Source: Lytechinus pictus (taxonomy: Eukaryota). Taken from it: DNA of 64,000 nucleotides. The stretch is from positions 13,330,001-13,394,000 of the forward strand of contig NC_087263.1 of the NCBI RefSeq assembly GCF_037042905.1, written 5' to 3'. The translations under genes and the position numbers were made by a program. The notes below the pieces were generated by a model. That model made no database searches. It had not been told where the DNA came from and worked only from the letters and a program-made list of their open reading frames with translations. How positions within the stretch are numbered: the stretch's first letter is position 1; every line of letters starts with the position of its first letter. Shown piece after piece: positions 11,367-24,200 of this stretch.

Positions 11367-14109
11367 AGGATGAAGTCGAAAAAGATTCTAAATGACCAGA
11401 GGAAATATGGGTTTGTTGTGACTTTAATCCATTTCCCTTCCATCATTGATAGAAATTAAGCAGGCTCGGATTGAGGAGGGGGGGGGGGATAGAGCAGGTT
11501 ACGCGTGCCCCCATATTGGACACCTTTTTTTGGGAGAAAGAACATTTTCTATTCTATTTTCATAGTCAGGGGATTCTGAGGAAGTCGACCGTTTTTTTTC
11601 TTCAAAGATTTCGTTCATCCTATGCAGTTCTGTAGATACGCCTCTGAATTTAAGTGAGAAATTGAAAAACAAAAAGACAATCTTCTCGTCTCTCATGTCT
11701 CTCTCATTTTCATTCTTGGTCGTCGTCACTTCCTGTTCCTGTTTTGTTATTTTCTGTTCTTTTTCTTTATTTTCTACTTCTCTGTTCAATCCAACTTATC
11801 CATCTTCTTCTCATCTTGTTCCCTACTTGCATATTTTCTTTCTTTTTCTTTTTCTTCTCTAGCTTTCTTTGTCTCATTCTTTCTTCATCATCATCTTCTT
11901 CTTCTCCTCCTCCTCTTCTTCTTCATGTATGATTTCTTATAAACCAAATCCACCTCTTTTTCCTCACTTTGTTCACACATGTTGTGTGTCCCCTTTATTT
12001 TTTTTCATTCTGTGGGGCTTTAGGGGGGTAATTCCCCCTTTCCGGAAGTACATGCATAATGATGTGCCACGCCCAAGAAACAATACAAGGACGAAGGGTG
12101 ACCACGTTCAAACACACACGTGAAAAATTAGTGCTGATGTGTTTTCTAAATGTGTCTTATCGGAGAAGATGGCGTTACGCAGTTTGAACCAAATGAAAAT
12201 CATTAATTAAAAAATTATGAGTAATTAGTATCTGCCTATATCAGGTCTTCTCGACTCATCAGGCGGCACAGTCCCGATTCATCAACAAGCACGACACACT
12301 GGACTCATTAGATGACGTGTCTAAAACCACCTTGGATCAATAACATGACTAATAAAACTGATTTGTGTTTCTTTTAACTATTTTTCCTCTGGGACGGGGC
12401 GTTTTGGTCGAGCGCCCCTCTCATCGAGGCACTCACGCCATCATCAGACACCCCCAAAACAAATCTCATCCCTGAATGACGAATGGATATCAAGCTTAAA
12501 GAGCCAGCGACAACGCAGAAGCCATCTGTGCGGCTGGGGTCCCGATCAAGCTGCGGTCGAGATTGCTTTGGTGTCGCCAGTATGACGGACAGTTTTTCAT
12601 ATTTCCTTCCATTTTCTTCGTTTCTTGTCATTAAACGCATCCCACCGCTGCCATAGAAATTCCCATAACCCGGTCACATCACATAAAAACCGATTTTGCA
12701 ATATGTTTGTTACTTTTTAGTGGATCCCTCCATTTACTCAACCTTACTTATTGAAGAAAAAAAAGAGTTATAAAGGTAGCCTTGCATTTTTTATATATAT
12801 ATATATTTTTTTTTACCGAGAATGGCATACATGTTGTTCTATTTCCATTGTATATATTGTTATTGGTTAATATGATTATCACGTTATTTAGTGTTTACCA
12901 TAAACATTTATTTACTTTTCTTGTATAATCATATTGCTTGCAATGTATATTCATTTGTATTGATTTGTACGGTTATCATTTTATATCTGTGTAATTATTC
13001 CTTATCTTGTATTGAGTTGAGAAATGAAATAAAACTTGAACTGAACTAAACATATCAGCAGCATAGGCCTTCCGATATATATCCCATGGATCCGATCATT
13101 TTTTATAATGAAAAACGTTACATATTTTGCTAGTTTGGTCACTTGACAACATTCTAGGTTTTCCAACATAGGCCTATTGCCAGGACCGATCATATCACAT
13201 GACAAATTATGATTATAGGCTGACATAAATATTTAAGGCCCTACAGCATATTGCCAGGAGCATATCCGGTCACATTGAATTTATTTTCATACTTCACAAT
13301 ATACATTAACAAAATATACTAAAAGAATACACGAAACACATTTGAATATAGACAGAATACAGAAGATTATAACAATGGCAGTAAATGAAAGTGAAATATG
13401 AAGGAACCTGCACGAAAAGCAGTGCATATAATGTCTGCGTGACCATCATGACAACGATGCCAAGAAAGGTGAACATGGTGAATTTCTCTGAAAGAGTCTC
13501 TTGTTTTAATGCATTAAAATAGTTTGATTACAGATGCTACAGATTAATGGATCATTATCAGGGCCTACGAACCAGCAGCCGTAAGAGCCCCACCTCAAGT
13601 CCTCAGTTCGTCATATCTGGCCAGGCTTATTACCCATAATGCAACATTCTGAGCAATATAGTCTTCTAATATAGGCCACGGAAATAATAGGCCCATGTGA
13701 ATGATGACACGCTAATCCAGTACTCAATACATTTCTATCACATTAAGTTATGTTGCTAAATAGCAAAACAAGTACCTTTCCTAAAAATATCATTTTTAAT
13801 TTCTCTACACTAATAAAATCATAGGTAAATGTATCCTCTGTATTTCTAATAGTTATCTCAAAGGGTATGTTTTAAGACGAACAATTTATAACACACATTC
13901 AATGAAATACAACATACTGTGTTGGTCAGTTCGCTCCCTTTTTAAATTACAATCTAATTCAAATAATCTTGTCGTCTTGCCTTCCCTTTCCTTCTGTTCA
14001 TTATAACACTCCGTTTTAAAATCATGTGAACGTAGGTGACATTGCCAGGGGTACCCTAAGGATGTTTGATCGAATCATTACTCTTCAAGGTATTACTTGC
14101 TTTTTGATT

Positions 14110-14665
14110 ATTCATGATCGTCACCATCACGATCATAACCACCGACATCACCACTATTCTCATTAACATCATTATCGTCNNNNNNNNNNNNNNNNNNNNN
14201 NNNNNNNNNNNNNNNNNNNNNNNNNNNNNNNNNNNNNNNNNNNNNNNNNNNNNNNNNNNNNNNNNNNNNNNNNNNNNNNNNNNNNNNNNNNNNNNNNNNN
14301 NNNNNNNNNNNGCCCAATTTAACATCATCATCATCATCAACATCATCATCGTCGTCATAATCATCATTATCACCACCACCATTATTGTCATCGTCATCGT
14401 CATCGTCATCATCATCATCATCATCACCATCATGACCACATCGCCATCATCATTAACAATTTATCATCATCATCATCACCACTATTGTCATCATCGTCAT
14501 CATCATTATCATCATCACATCGCCATCATCATTAACAATGTAACATCATCATCTTCATCATCGTCGGCGTCGTCGTCATCATCATCACCATTATCATCTA
14601 TTCATCATCGGCGTCACCACCGTCATCATCATCATCATAACACCACCTGCACAATCATTATCATA
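14110..14665. repeat. (CAT)n microsatellite containing assembly gap 14180-14311
   Basis: Degenerate CAT/CAC/CGT triplets read directly; source of the spurious poly-I/H/S/M ORFs. Confidence 0.95.
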
Positions 14666-15312
14666 TTTTCTTTCATACCACTGATGAAGACTTATCTAAT
14701 TGTGTAATAACTGTCGTCAGTTTTCGACAGGGAACTGGGCCTCTTGCTCGATCTCTCTTAAAATGGATGGGTGATGAGATGTGTCGATGAGTCACGGAAA
14801 GATGTTATACTGGTTATATCGAGCATGTCCAAACTGACCGCTCTTCAGATTAGTTGGCCCGCTTGACTGATTACAAGGAAATTCACCACACAGAAGTGTC
14901 CGAGTTGGACTGCATGGTGTGATGAGGCCGAGATAAGGGGTGATTTTTCGAGGCATTTTTTCTTTAATGTGGACATAATCAATAATAACAGCTTTGATTT
15001 TGATCTTTATAAAAAAATAATCATTTATCACTTTTTTTAATACTTTTTATCAAACGATATTTCGTACACAACAGAAAATTGGATTGATTCAAATTCAATT
15101 CGGTTTTATTAAAATATAAAAAAGCACCGGTGTAATGAGAAAAGAACCCCCAAAACTGGCGTATGGGGAGATGATATTTTGGGCCTGTTTAGAATGAAAA
15201 TCTAATGCTGTGGTAGATCTTGTCGTGATATTCAAGAAATTATATATTTTACTTTGCCCCTTTTCTTTCCAATCCCCATTTTTTTAAATTCTTTTTTCTT
15301 TCTTTTAAGAAA

Positions 15313-15454
15313 NNNNNNNNNNNNNNNNNNNNNNNNNNNNNNNNNNNNNNNNNNNNNNNNNNNNNNNNNNNNNNNNNNNNNNNNNNNNNNNNNNNNNNNN
15401 NNNNNNNNNNNNNNNNNNNNNNNNNNNNNNNNNNNNNNNNNNNNNNNNNNNNNN
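15313..15454. other. Assembly gap (N-run); others at 14180-14311, 31918-32210 and 40081-40294
   Basis: Runs of N. Confidence 1.
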
Positions 15455-15660
15455 CATGTTTCATTTTTATTATTTATGATTATTAATTTTTTCGGGGGGG
15501 GGGGGGCATAATTCCTAGGCCCAGTGAATTACCTGTACGCCAACGCCTATCACCTGGAAATTTTGAGAGTATAACGTAAATTAATGGATTCCTCTTGCTG
15601 AGTGGTATCGGCTTTACAACACCCCAAAGTGTTGATTTGTGTATATACTACATAGGACTA

Positions 15661-15959
15661 TACACTTAGAAATAGGGGTTCAAATTTGAAATTGGTTGGT
15701 TCTATAGTGCTAATACGCTCATCAGTGCACCTTTAAGGATGCAGTTAGGTATGTTTTAAGCACCATGGGTGCAGAGATGAACCATGCAATAAAGGTTCAA
15801 CTTTGAACCATTTTTAATATCAAGCATTATGATTATGAACCTTAAAAGGTGAAAAGTTCCACCATGTAGGGTGCAAACTAGCATTTTCTGGGGCAAATAA
15901 TAATGAAAAGGTAGGCTTACAGTTTTGCATCTTTCTCCACTTAGCATGCTTAGGGTGTA
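15661..15959. mobile_element. TA-flanked CACT-type MITE (degenerate)
   Basis: TACACTTAGAAA..TAGGGTGTA termini. Confidence 0.5.
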
Positions 15960-16357
15960 CGTTGATTACACCCCAAAAATGTTGGTATAAGTGTTTCATT
16001 TCGGGTTAAGTGTTGTACATCAGTCATTTTACTCCGGTGTTAGTTCAACACGCATGGGTGTTATTATAACACCTTTGGATGCTCCTTGTACACTTACGGT
16101 GTTATGTCCAATCTCGAGGGTGCCATTTTAACACCACAGGATGTGGTACTCTAGGGACACCAACTGACGTCCGTTTTAACATTCCAGGGGTCCGTTTCCT
16201 AAAGCTGATCGTAAGTTAAGAACGACTGGTGATCCTTTAATGTGGGAAATGATATTGAGTGTTATTAACTGTTCATTGGTGATTATTAAGAGCGTAATAA
16301 GGTTCACCAGTCAGCTCAGCTTTATGAAACACCCACAAGGTTTAACAGTTACAGTAC
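15960..16357. mobile_element. Degenerate AACACC-type MITE with a Harbinger-like MITE (about 16186-16337) inserted near its end
   Basis: GGTGTT/AACACC inverted subrepeats as in 36412-36807. The nested GGGGTCCGTTTCCTAAAGCTG..CAGCTTTATGAAACACCC is related to 45546-45718. Confidence 0.55.
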
Positions 16358-16587
16358 ACTTTTTTTTTTTCAATATGTTTTTATTAAGGATTTCATTCAA
16401 ATGAATTACATAAACTGCAGATAAATACAAAACAAAATACAATCTTCATTTCATATCAACAAGGATATGCAAAAAAGTACATATATATTTACCAAGAACT
16501 GAAGCAAATAAGGACGGAATGAAACTCCTTAAAATTATACTTTTATATCTGAAAAAAAAAATAACTCAACTGAGTCCCCAACACTCT

Positions 16588-17241
16588 ATGTATTTCAATA
16601 ATACACTCAGTAGAGCTGTTGATAAAAAAATGTCAGAGTTGATTGAGCGCTTGGACAAAATGCAGAGCTCCATTTATGATCTGCAAACAGATATGGATAT
16701 CAAGAATAGAGAAATTCAGAATCTAACAAAAACCAACACAACACAAAAATCCAAAATCGAAATGCTTGATCGAAGTATAAACAATATGGAACAATATTCT
16801 CGTAGGTCATGTATCAGGATCCTAGGGAAAAATGAAATAAATGGTGAAAATACTGACACTGTTGTGTCTGACATTTGCCAGTCTAAACTAGGAGTACAGA
16901 TTGACATAAGCAAAGATATCGATAGATCGCATCGAACAGGGAGATTAAGGTCCCAGTCCTCAGACAATCCATTGCCACCACGCCCAATTATCGTCAAACT
17001 GACTTCCTATAGGAAAAGGAAAGAAATTCTGCAAAAAAGAAAACTCCTGAAGGGATCGGGTATCATCATCGTAGAAGATCTTACTGCAAGAAATCAGAAA
17101 TTGTTGAAGAAAACACGTGAACACAGAAAAGTTGTACAGTGTTGGTCATCAGATGGTCGTATCATCGCCCTGCTACCAGCCCAAGGAGGGAAGACCATGA
17201 CTAAGCTGATTACCTGCGAAGAAGACTTGAATAAACTATAA
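16588..17241 (+). CDS. LINE ORF1 protein (coiled coil plus L1-type RRM/CTD), probably N-terminally truncated
   Basis: Heptad-rich N-terminus, then MEQYSRRSCIRILG, IDRSHRTGR, PRPIIVKL, IVEDLT and WSSDGRI, typical of L1/CR1 ORF1p. The track start at 16519 lies in flanking DNA upstream of an A-run. Confidence 0.85.
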   Translation: MYFNNTLSRAVDKKMSELIERLDKMQSSIYDLQTDMDIKNREIQNLTKTNTTQKSKIEMLDRSINNMEQYSRRSCIRILGKNEINGENTDTVVSDICQSKLGVQIDISKDIDRSHRTGRLRSQSSDNPLPPRPIIVKLTSYRKRKEILQKRKLLKGSGIIIVEDLTARNQKLLKKTREHRKVVQCWSSDGRIIALLPAQGGKTMTKLITCEEDLNKL

Positions 17242-17567
17242 ACATATCAAAGTGAATGTAAACAAATGAAAAGGAAATACATGCATGAATCAAACACTTC
17301 CAACTGAATCATACACATGGGAAATGCATTATTTATATGTACCCTGGTGGACTCCTATATGTTGACTGATATTGAACTGATACTGAACTTTTTTCACATT
17401 TCCATGTATTTCTCACAAGCTTGCTCTGTTACTACAAAGATTGATTTTATATGTTGTGATATGCTTTTTATAATGTATCTTTCTTCATTTCCTCTCTTTT
17501 CTCAAGTTTTTCTCTTCTGTCTTTCCTCTCTCCAATTACTTGGCTTGTTTCAAAACTTTATTCGTAC

Positions 17568-19982
17568 ATGTCTCTGTCAGTAATTAACTGTGATTCCTCT
17601 CCAGTGAATCTTGATAATTATTGGGTAAAATGTTCAAATTGTAGCATTACAGAAAACATTTATGATTTGAAACATGATTTGCTTAGCTTCGGAAATGATG
17701 TAACAAACAATAACTTTTTATGTAATAAATGCTTAAGTGAAATTTTTCCTTTTAATAATGTTAATGATGAACAATTCTATGATACATGCCATATGTCTCT
17801 TAATGACCGTAGAAATAAGTTTTCAGATTCATTCCTACATGAAATGATTAATAATGGCACCAAGTTATCCTTGAATAATGATGAGCCTTTTGATCCTATT
17901 AATTTGTCAGACCAGTATTTTACTGTAAAAACATTTAACGAAAATAACAGATCATTAGGTAAAACATATTCTATTATACATCTCAATTGCAGAAGTCTTA
18001 ATAAAAATTTTGAAAATTTAGACATATTTTTAAATGAAATTGAACATCACTTTGATATTATTGGAATATCCGAGACTTGGCTAAATGATTCATCTCCTTT
18101 ATCAATGTTTCAATTAGAAGATTATTTATTTGAACATAAACACCGAGTTGGTAAAAAAGGTGGTGGAATTGGAATGTATATCAATAAGTCTGTGCATTAC
18201 AAAATTAATGATTTAGCTACACAATACAGTACTTTTGAATCGTTATTCATTGAAATTCCACAAAAGGGTAAAAATAAATTGATTGGTGTCATTTATCGCC
18301 CTCCTGACAAATCTGTTGATGGTTTTTTAGAAGATTTTACAAATGTTTTTCAAAACAATATTATGAATAATTATGAATGTTACATCATGGGTGATTTCAA
18401 CTTAGATATGTTAAAAGTTTCACAAAATATTAAAATCGATGCTTTTTTCGATTTGATGCTTAGTTATTCTTTTCAGCCGCTTATTGGTGCACCAACTCGT
18501 GTTACAACTTCGTCTGCCACTTTGTTGGATAATATTTTTGTTAACTCAGATTTATTTATCAATGCTGGTATTCTCATATCTGATATAAGCGACCATTTAC
18601 CTGTTTTTGCAATTACTGGTTCGTTAACAAGTGTGCCACATGAATCTATTTATACTGTACGCTGTATCAATGATGACACAATTAATATGTTTTATAGTGA
18701 AGTTCAAAATCTGTCATTTAATTTAACTGATGATGTAAACAGTTCGTACAATTCATTTCTCACAAATTTTACCAATTTATATAATAAATGCTTTATGAAA
18801 AAAGAACGTCAACAGAAAAAGATATGTAATAAAAGAGTATGGATGACGCATGATTTAAAAAAGCTCTGCCAGAAAAAATCAGAAATCAGAGCTTTTGACA
18901 TTATAGATCACTCAATTTTATTTCATAAATTACATTACTATGGGATCAGAGGTATTGTTTTAAACTGGTTTCGAAGTTATTTGAATGAACGACAACAGTA
19001 TACAGTTATAGATGGTGTGGAATCAAAATACAATACAGTAAGATGTGGAGTGCCCCAAGGCTCTATACTTGGTCCCCTTCTGTTTTTGATTTACATAAAT
19101 GACTTGCCAAAATGTTCAACCTTATTAAATTACATTTTATTTGCAGACGACACCAGTATTTTTCTTTCCAATCCTGATCCAACTCAACTTATCAATACCA
19201 TGAACACCCAATTAATAAAATTACATCAATGGATGTGTGCCAATAAGTTGATTTTAAATGTAGATAAAACTAACTATGTAATATTTGGTACACGTAAAAT
19301 TAGTAATAACATCCCAAATATTCATTATAATGATCGTATTATTAATAGAGTGTCAAGTACGAAGTTCTTAGGTGTTATTATTGATGATAAGTTGTCTTGG
19401 AATAATCATATAAGTCATCTATGTGGTACCATATCTAGAAATATTGGAATTCTTAGGAAATTATCATTTTTGCCCAGAAATGTTCTTAAATTATTGTATC
19501 ATTCTTTAATATCTTCTCATTTAAGTTATTGTTCCACAGTGTGGGGCTTTTCATCCAAATATAATCTTAATCGTATATTTCGTCTACAGAAAAGGGCACT
19601 AAGAGTTATAACTCATTCTCATCATTTACACCCTTCTTCCCCTTTATTTTCCAAAATGAATATTCTTTCAATTCATAGTATTATTTCTTTACAAACTGGT
19701 TCATTCATGAATAACTGTTATCATGGTAATATACCACCGTCACTTTTGAATTATTTTATATTGAATCGATCCATTCATTCCCATAATACACGAAATAGGT
19801 GTAAATTTCATCCTCCTCTGTGTCGCACAGAGCTAGCCAAATCAACAATTTTTTATCAGGGCCCTATACTGTGGAACAATCTCTCTGTTAATCTTCAGAC
19901 AGCTAAGACATGTAAACTTTTCAACTTTAACTACAAACGACACTTACTTTACACTGACCAACCCCTTTCTCTTGACAAATAA
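17568..19982 (+). CDS. LINE ORF2: Cys-rich N-terminus, APE endonuclease and N-terminally deleted RT
   Basis: EN motifs [41 protein letters not shown] and SDHLP are intact. RT motifs [24 protein letters not shown] and GPILWNNL are present. The KSPG, YRPISLL, QYGFR and DLxK segments are missing. Confidence 0.9.
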   Translation: MSLSVINCDSSPVNLDNYWVKCSNCSITENIYDLKHDLLSFGNDVTNNNFLCNKCLSEIFPFNNVNDEQFYDTCHMSLNDRRNKFSDSFLHEMINNGTKLSLNNDEPFDPINLSDQYFTVKTFNENNRSLGKTYSIIHLNCRSLNKNFENLDIFLNEIEHHFDIIGISETWLNDSSPLSMFQLEDYLFEHKHRVGKKGGGIGMYINKSVHYKINDLATQYSTFESLFIEIPQKGKNKLIGVIYRPPDKSVDGFLEDFTNVFQNNIMNNYECYIMGDFNLDMLKVSQNIKIDAFFDLMLSYSFQPLIGAPTRVTTSSATLLDNIFVNSDLFINAGILISDISDHLPVFAITGSLTSVPHESIYTVRCINDDTINMFYSEVQNLSFNLTDDVNSSYNSFLTNFTNLYNKCFMKKERQQKKICNKRVWMTHDLKKLCQKKSEIRAFDIIDHSILFHKLHYYGIRGIVLNWFRSYLNERQQYTVIDGVESKYNTVRCGVPQGSILGPLLFLIYINDLPKCSTLLNYILFADDTSIFLSNPDPTQLINTMNTQLIKLHQWMCANKLILNVDKTNYVIFGTRKISNNIPNIHYNDRIINRVSSTKFLGVIIDDKLSWNNHISHLCGTISRNIGILRKLSFLPRNVLKLLYHSLISSHLSYCSTVWGFSSKYNLNRIFRLQKRALRVITHSHHLHPSSPLFSKMNILSIHSIISLQTGSFMNNCYHGNIPPSLLNYFILNRSIHSHNTRNRCKFHPPLCRTELAKSTIFYQGPILWNNLSVNLQTAKTCKLFNFNYKRHLLYTDQPLSLDK

Positions 19983-20573
19983 TCATAGCCTCTCTGTTTC
20001 TTTCCTCCTTCTTTCCTGTCCTGTCTTATGCCATATGAATGTATTTTTATGATTATGTATGTATTATGTTTTATGTATTATGTATGCGCTTATGAATCTT
20101 ATTTTGGGCCATCCAAACAAGCCTGATGAGCTTTAATTTGGTCCACCACTATTTCAAAATGTATTTTTATATTGCTTTGTATATATTTTAATTTTGTGGA
20201 AATAAATGAAATGAAATGAAATGAAATAATAATTAATGTTAAATGGCTATATAAATGATTTGCAGGAAAACAGAAATCAACCTAAATGTATTATCATTGC
20301 ATCCCATTTTAAATCAAGCTTCAACATATTACATTTTACGTTCGTTTTCATTGTCACGCATCAATATTTGCACTTCAACTCTTGTCATCCACGACACACA
20401 AAAAGAAATATAAAAAAAGAACGTAAAAAAGAACGTAAAATAAAAGAGAAACATTTCATTGACATATTTCAGCCGGAGTTGAATAGGCCTTAACATTATA
20501 TTATTCATAAAGAATAAAAATGGAAATGGACTAACCATTGATTCTTTTAATGGGTGTAAATAATAATGAAATA

Positions 20574-20653
20574 TCTTTTGATCATAGCGCTTCAGATTAT
20601 GACGTAAATTACGTCTTTTGATCATAGCGTTTTAGATTATGACGTAAATTACG
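20574..20653. repeat. Two-copy ~40-bp tandem duplication
   Basis: TCTTTTGATCATAGCG(C/T)TT(C/T)AGATTATGACGTAAATTACG occurs twice. Confidence 0.9.
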
Positions 20654-21435
20654 TAATGATGATAACATAATGATTCCGTTGCTACGCAACGCATCTCATT
20701 AGCGTATACATGCTTAGTATATGGCGCTAGAGCGCAATTTTTGTATGAATTTTTTGTGAATCAATATTTCACTTCCTGAAGAATTAAAGACGAAACTAGT
20801 TAAAGTGGAATATTTGAGCATTCTTTGACTATTCTTCATTTAGTTTGATTATTATTTTCTTTCCGTGACGGGGGACATACTTCGTTATTTTATCGTATAT
20901 ATATATATATATATATATATGCTTTATTCACCTTGTATTTTACTATATATATTCGCCTCAGGTCATTGATCTACCATATACTCAGCGGATAGGTGATGGA
21001 GAGTTTTCCTTTGAAAGTTTTGTTCTTTATCATCACATTCTTATTGATCTTACTTTATCGTGTATTCCTGTTGCGTTACACTCAGACACAATTTGTGTTC
21101 CGGTTTCCAAAGAGTTATTTTTGTTTTGGTGTTTTTTTTGAAATCCCAGACACCTGCGATCACCTTCAGGGACAACCAACATACATACCTGCATAAACTA
21201 TGATGAATGCTTTTTGACAGATTATGGCAGAAAAGACATGTTTTCATTGAATATCCCCTCCTCTCTTATTTGACTTGAAGTGAATTGAGCATCAAAATTA
21301 GAGAGAATATATCATCGTCATCATTGTATATATATATATATATAATGAGATGAGGCGAGGCCAACTCAACAGATGACGCAGGACACCATTATTTTCAACT
21401 CAACAGCGATTGGTAGAAGTAAACTTATCATCACA

Positions 21436-21438
<3 letters not shown>

Positions 21439-21511
<73 letters not shown>

Positions 21512-21690
21512 AATGTTATTATCTTTGTTATTATCATTATTATTATATTTGATATTATTATTATCATTATCATTAGCATCGTCATCATTATCGTTATAAA
21601 GAAGAGGGAGAGGGGGGGGGGGGGAGCGCGCGAGAGAGACATGAGAGAGGGAGAGGGAGAAAGGGGCGGATTTTTCGGGGGGGGGGGAGT
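21439..21690. repeat. (TA)n, (ATT)n and GA/poly-G low-complexity tract
   Basis: Read directly. Confidence 0.95.
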
Positions 21691-22419
21691 CAGATGAGAA
21701 TATTCCCCTTTTTATTAAGTAAAAATAATAATTGGGCTGAGGAAGGTGAGGAAAATCCATACTGGAAACAAAATATCACTGATTGTACTCTGTAAAACAA
21801 TGATCAAACATAATAGACCCCCTCTATTAAACTAAAGACACCCCTTCATAATTGCTCATATTCCATTTAATTTGTTTCAGCATCTTGATGATCAATAAAA
21901 AACTAGTGGTATGTCTGCTGCTAGCTCCATATGGCATGTATGGTGGCGCACACGGTCGCCCGGTGCAGCGGCCTGGCGTTCGTATCAGGTATACCCCAGG
22001 AGCTTAACACCTGCAAATGTTCCTCGGTGTAGACCGCCGCACCCCTTCCCAAATCATATCTTGTTTACACATTTATGAAATGAAATATCTCTTATATGAA
22101 ATCTGTTTATCCTTGATGGCCCCCTAAAGCGTGATATAGTTACATATTGCGTCTTCTATTCTTACAGTGGCTTGAGGAAGGTTTTTGCAGTATGCGATTT
22201 CGTTGAGAGTTGAAATTAGGAATTATCTCTGTTCACATGGATGTGAGAGGTGGTCTTTGGACTGGAGTCGACTCAGTGTGACACCAGAAAGGGCATTTTT
22301 ATAAATCTACCACTCTCCACCTCGGTCATGTATAGGTGATCAATGTTTATAAGTAATCAGTAATGCAGCTTTGTTTGAATTACGGAGTCATGCTTTAATG
22401 TATTATTTCCCGAATTCCC

Positions 22420-23305
22420 ATTGCCTCTCTTATTTTCCCTTCTTATTACCCCTCCATACTTTCCAACTCTACTTCATCACACTCATCACCCCTTTCTACC
22501 AACGAATCGTGCTCTCGTTCAAGATCTTCGCATCCCTCATTCTATCACTGACATTGCCCCAGTCTTACCACAGTCGGATCGCTATTGGCCCCATTCTCAC
22601 CCCGCGCAATCTCCACCTCATTACCCCTCGATGTCCTTCTTAAACCCCCTTCTATCAACTAAAGAGTCAAGCTCTCTTTAATTCTTATCTCATTACCCCT
22701 TAACCACTACCATACCCCTTTCACACCCTTATCTCTCCCTATTCCCCCTTTTATTACCCCTCCACATCTCTCAAACCCAACCTCCATTACCCCCTCCATC
22801 ACCCCCTTTCTTCCAACGAAGGAGTCATGCTCTCCTTCAAGGCCGAGTGTATACCCCGATGGCTTTCCCATCTTGGCTTGGTTTTGATCATGGAGGATTA
22901 CCCCCTTACCCCTATCACACCCCTACCGCACCCTATCTCTCCTTATTCCCCTTCTATTACCCCTCCCACTCCGCAAGCCCCCAACTCTTTACCCTCCATC
23001 TCCTCCTCAATCCCCCTTATACCATCGGAAGAGTCATGCTCTCCTTCAAGACCTTCGCATTCTTCATTCTATCTCATTGCTTGTTATTTCATAACACCAC
23101 CCAGCGCACCCCTACCGGATCCCTATTACCCTCCCCATTCCCATCGTTTGACCCCTCCACACTCCTCAAACCCACCTCATTACCCCCTCCATCACCCCTT
23201 ACTACCAATGAAGGAGTCATGCTCTCCTTCAAGGCCGAGTCCAGGTGAACGATCTACATACATCGATGGTTTTCCCATCTAAGCTAGGTTTTGATCATGG
23301 AGGAT
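22420..23305. repeat. C-rich degenerate tandem repeat (about 5 units of 160-210 bp) with a hairpin core
   Basis: Core GAAGGAGTCATGCTCTCCTTCAAG or variants at ~22501, 22660, 22818, 23027 and 23210, plus recurrent TTACCCC. Confidence 0.85.
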
Positions 23306-23398
23306 GGTTTTGATAGTCACCCGATGATTCATAGATAGGGCAAATTAATGACTGGAAGAAACCAAGATGCCCTCTCATACTGGCCATCGAAAGATATA

Positions 23399-24200
23399 TT
23401 AAAGGGGAAGTTCACCCTGGCAATAAGTAGTTTTAAATAAAAAAATACAGAAATGTATTGGTCAATGTTTGATGAAAAGCAATCAAAGAACAAGAGTTAT
23501 TAATTTTAATTTTTTTTTGTGACGTCATGTGCGAGCTGCCCCCCCATTTTCATGTAATATAAATTTCTTAAATTTTATTCATTTATTGAAACATGATGAA
23601 TAAACATATGTTCCTTACGATGTGCCTGATGATATTCCCCGCACAAATAAAATCACTTCTATTTATTGTTGTTTTGTCCTTTATCAAACTATATATTTCT
23701 GATAACTTTGTATTTATTTTGTATTTCCCTCTCATGTATTTATTTTTTTCTCATTTGATTATCTGTATTTATACTTTGTTATTTTGTTATTTGTGGTGTT
23801 ATCTATTTTTTGAGGGGCCCACATTGTACAAGCATTGCTTTTTAGTGGGTCCCCCCATTTCCATCTTAATTTCATTTCTATTGAAAAATTAGTATACATA
23901 TTTAAAACCTACAATGTGTTGCCGAAATTGTCTAAGTGTTTTTTTCACAACATATGTATCATTAATTTTGTTTGCAACGGATACAAATATTTATGTTTAT
24001 ATATGGTATACAATTTGTTTTTGTTTGATGGAAGTGAAATAAATAAATTTGAATTTGAATTTGAATTGTTCAAAGAAATGCCATTCTTTAAAGACTTAAA
24101 ATGTTATCACCTGAGATATGGAGTAGCAGTTCGTCTGTGACGTCACCAAATCGGTTATTCTTTCGCTAAAACCTTCACTAATAGCTTTTTTCTCTAATTG
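23399..24200. mobile_element. Kolobok-like MITE interrupted by a CR1 3' end (about 23645-24068)
   Basis: TTAA|AGGGGAAGTTCACCCTG start, homologous to 28374-28876. The insert has a GGGGCCCAC..AAGCATTGCTT..GTGGGTCCCC hairpin and an (ATTTGA)n tail. Confidence 0.7.

Larger units (their letters stand above)
16560..20228 (+). mobile_element. CR1-group LINE, 5'-truncated, two ORFs, internal in-frame deletion in ORF2
   Basis: ORF1, spacer, ORF2, 3' UTR hairpin (20105-20145), AATAA and an (ATGAA)n tail. It appears inserted into an older AT-rich minus-strand LINE remnant, with a possible AAATAA duplication. Confidence 0.92.

Noticed and set aside
14056-14707. Long ORFs spanning N-gaps or microsatellites (also 21400-21760, 31791-32271, 35319-36323, 40003-40614, 46829-47194)
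   Set aside because: These are open only because of Ns or low-complexity repeats.
16519-16587. ORF1 start codon at 16519
   Set aside because: It lies upstream of the A-run marking the likely insertion boundary, so it is probably flanking sequence fortuitously in frame.
20690-20800. Helitron 3' end (CTAGT)
   Set aside because: No clear GC-rich hairpin at the expected distance and no identifiable 5' TC terminus.
22420-23305. CRISPR array (also considered for 55000-56645)
   Set aside because: Eukaryotic context, degenerate repeats, spacers far too long and homologous to each other, and no cas genes.
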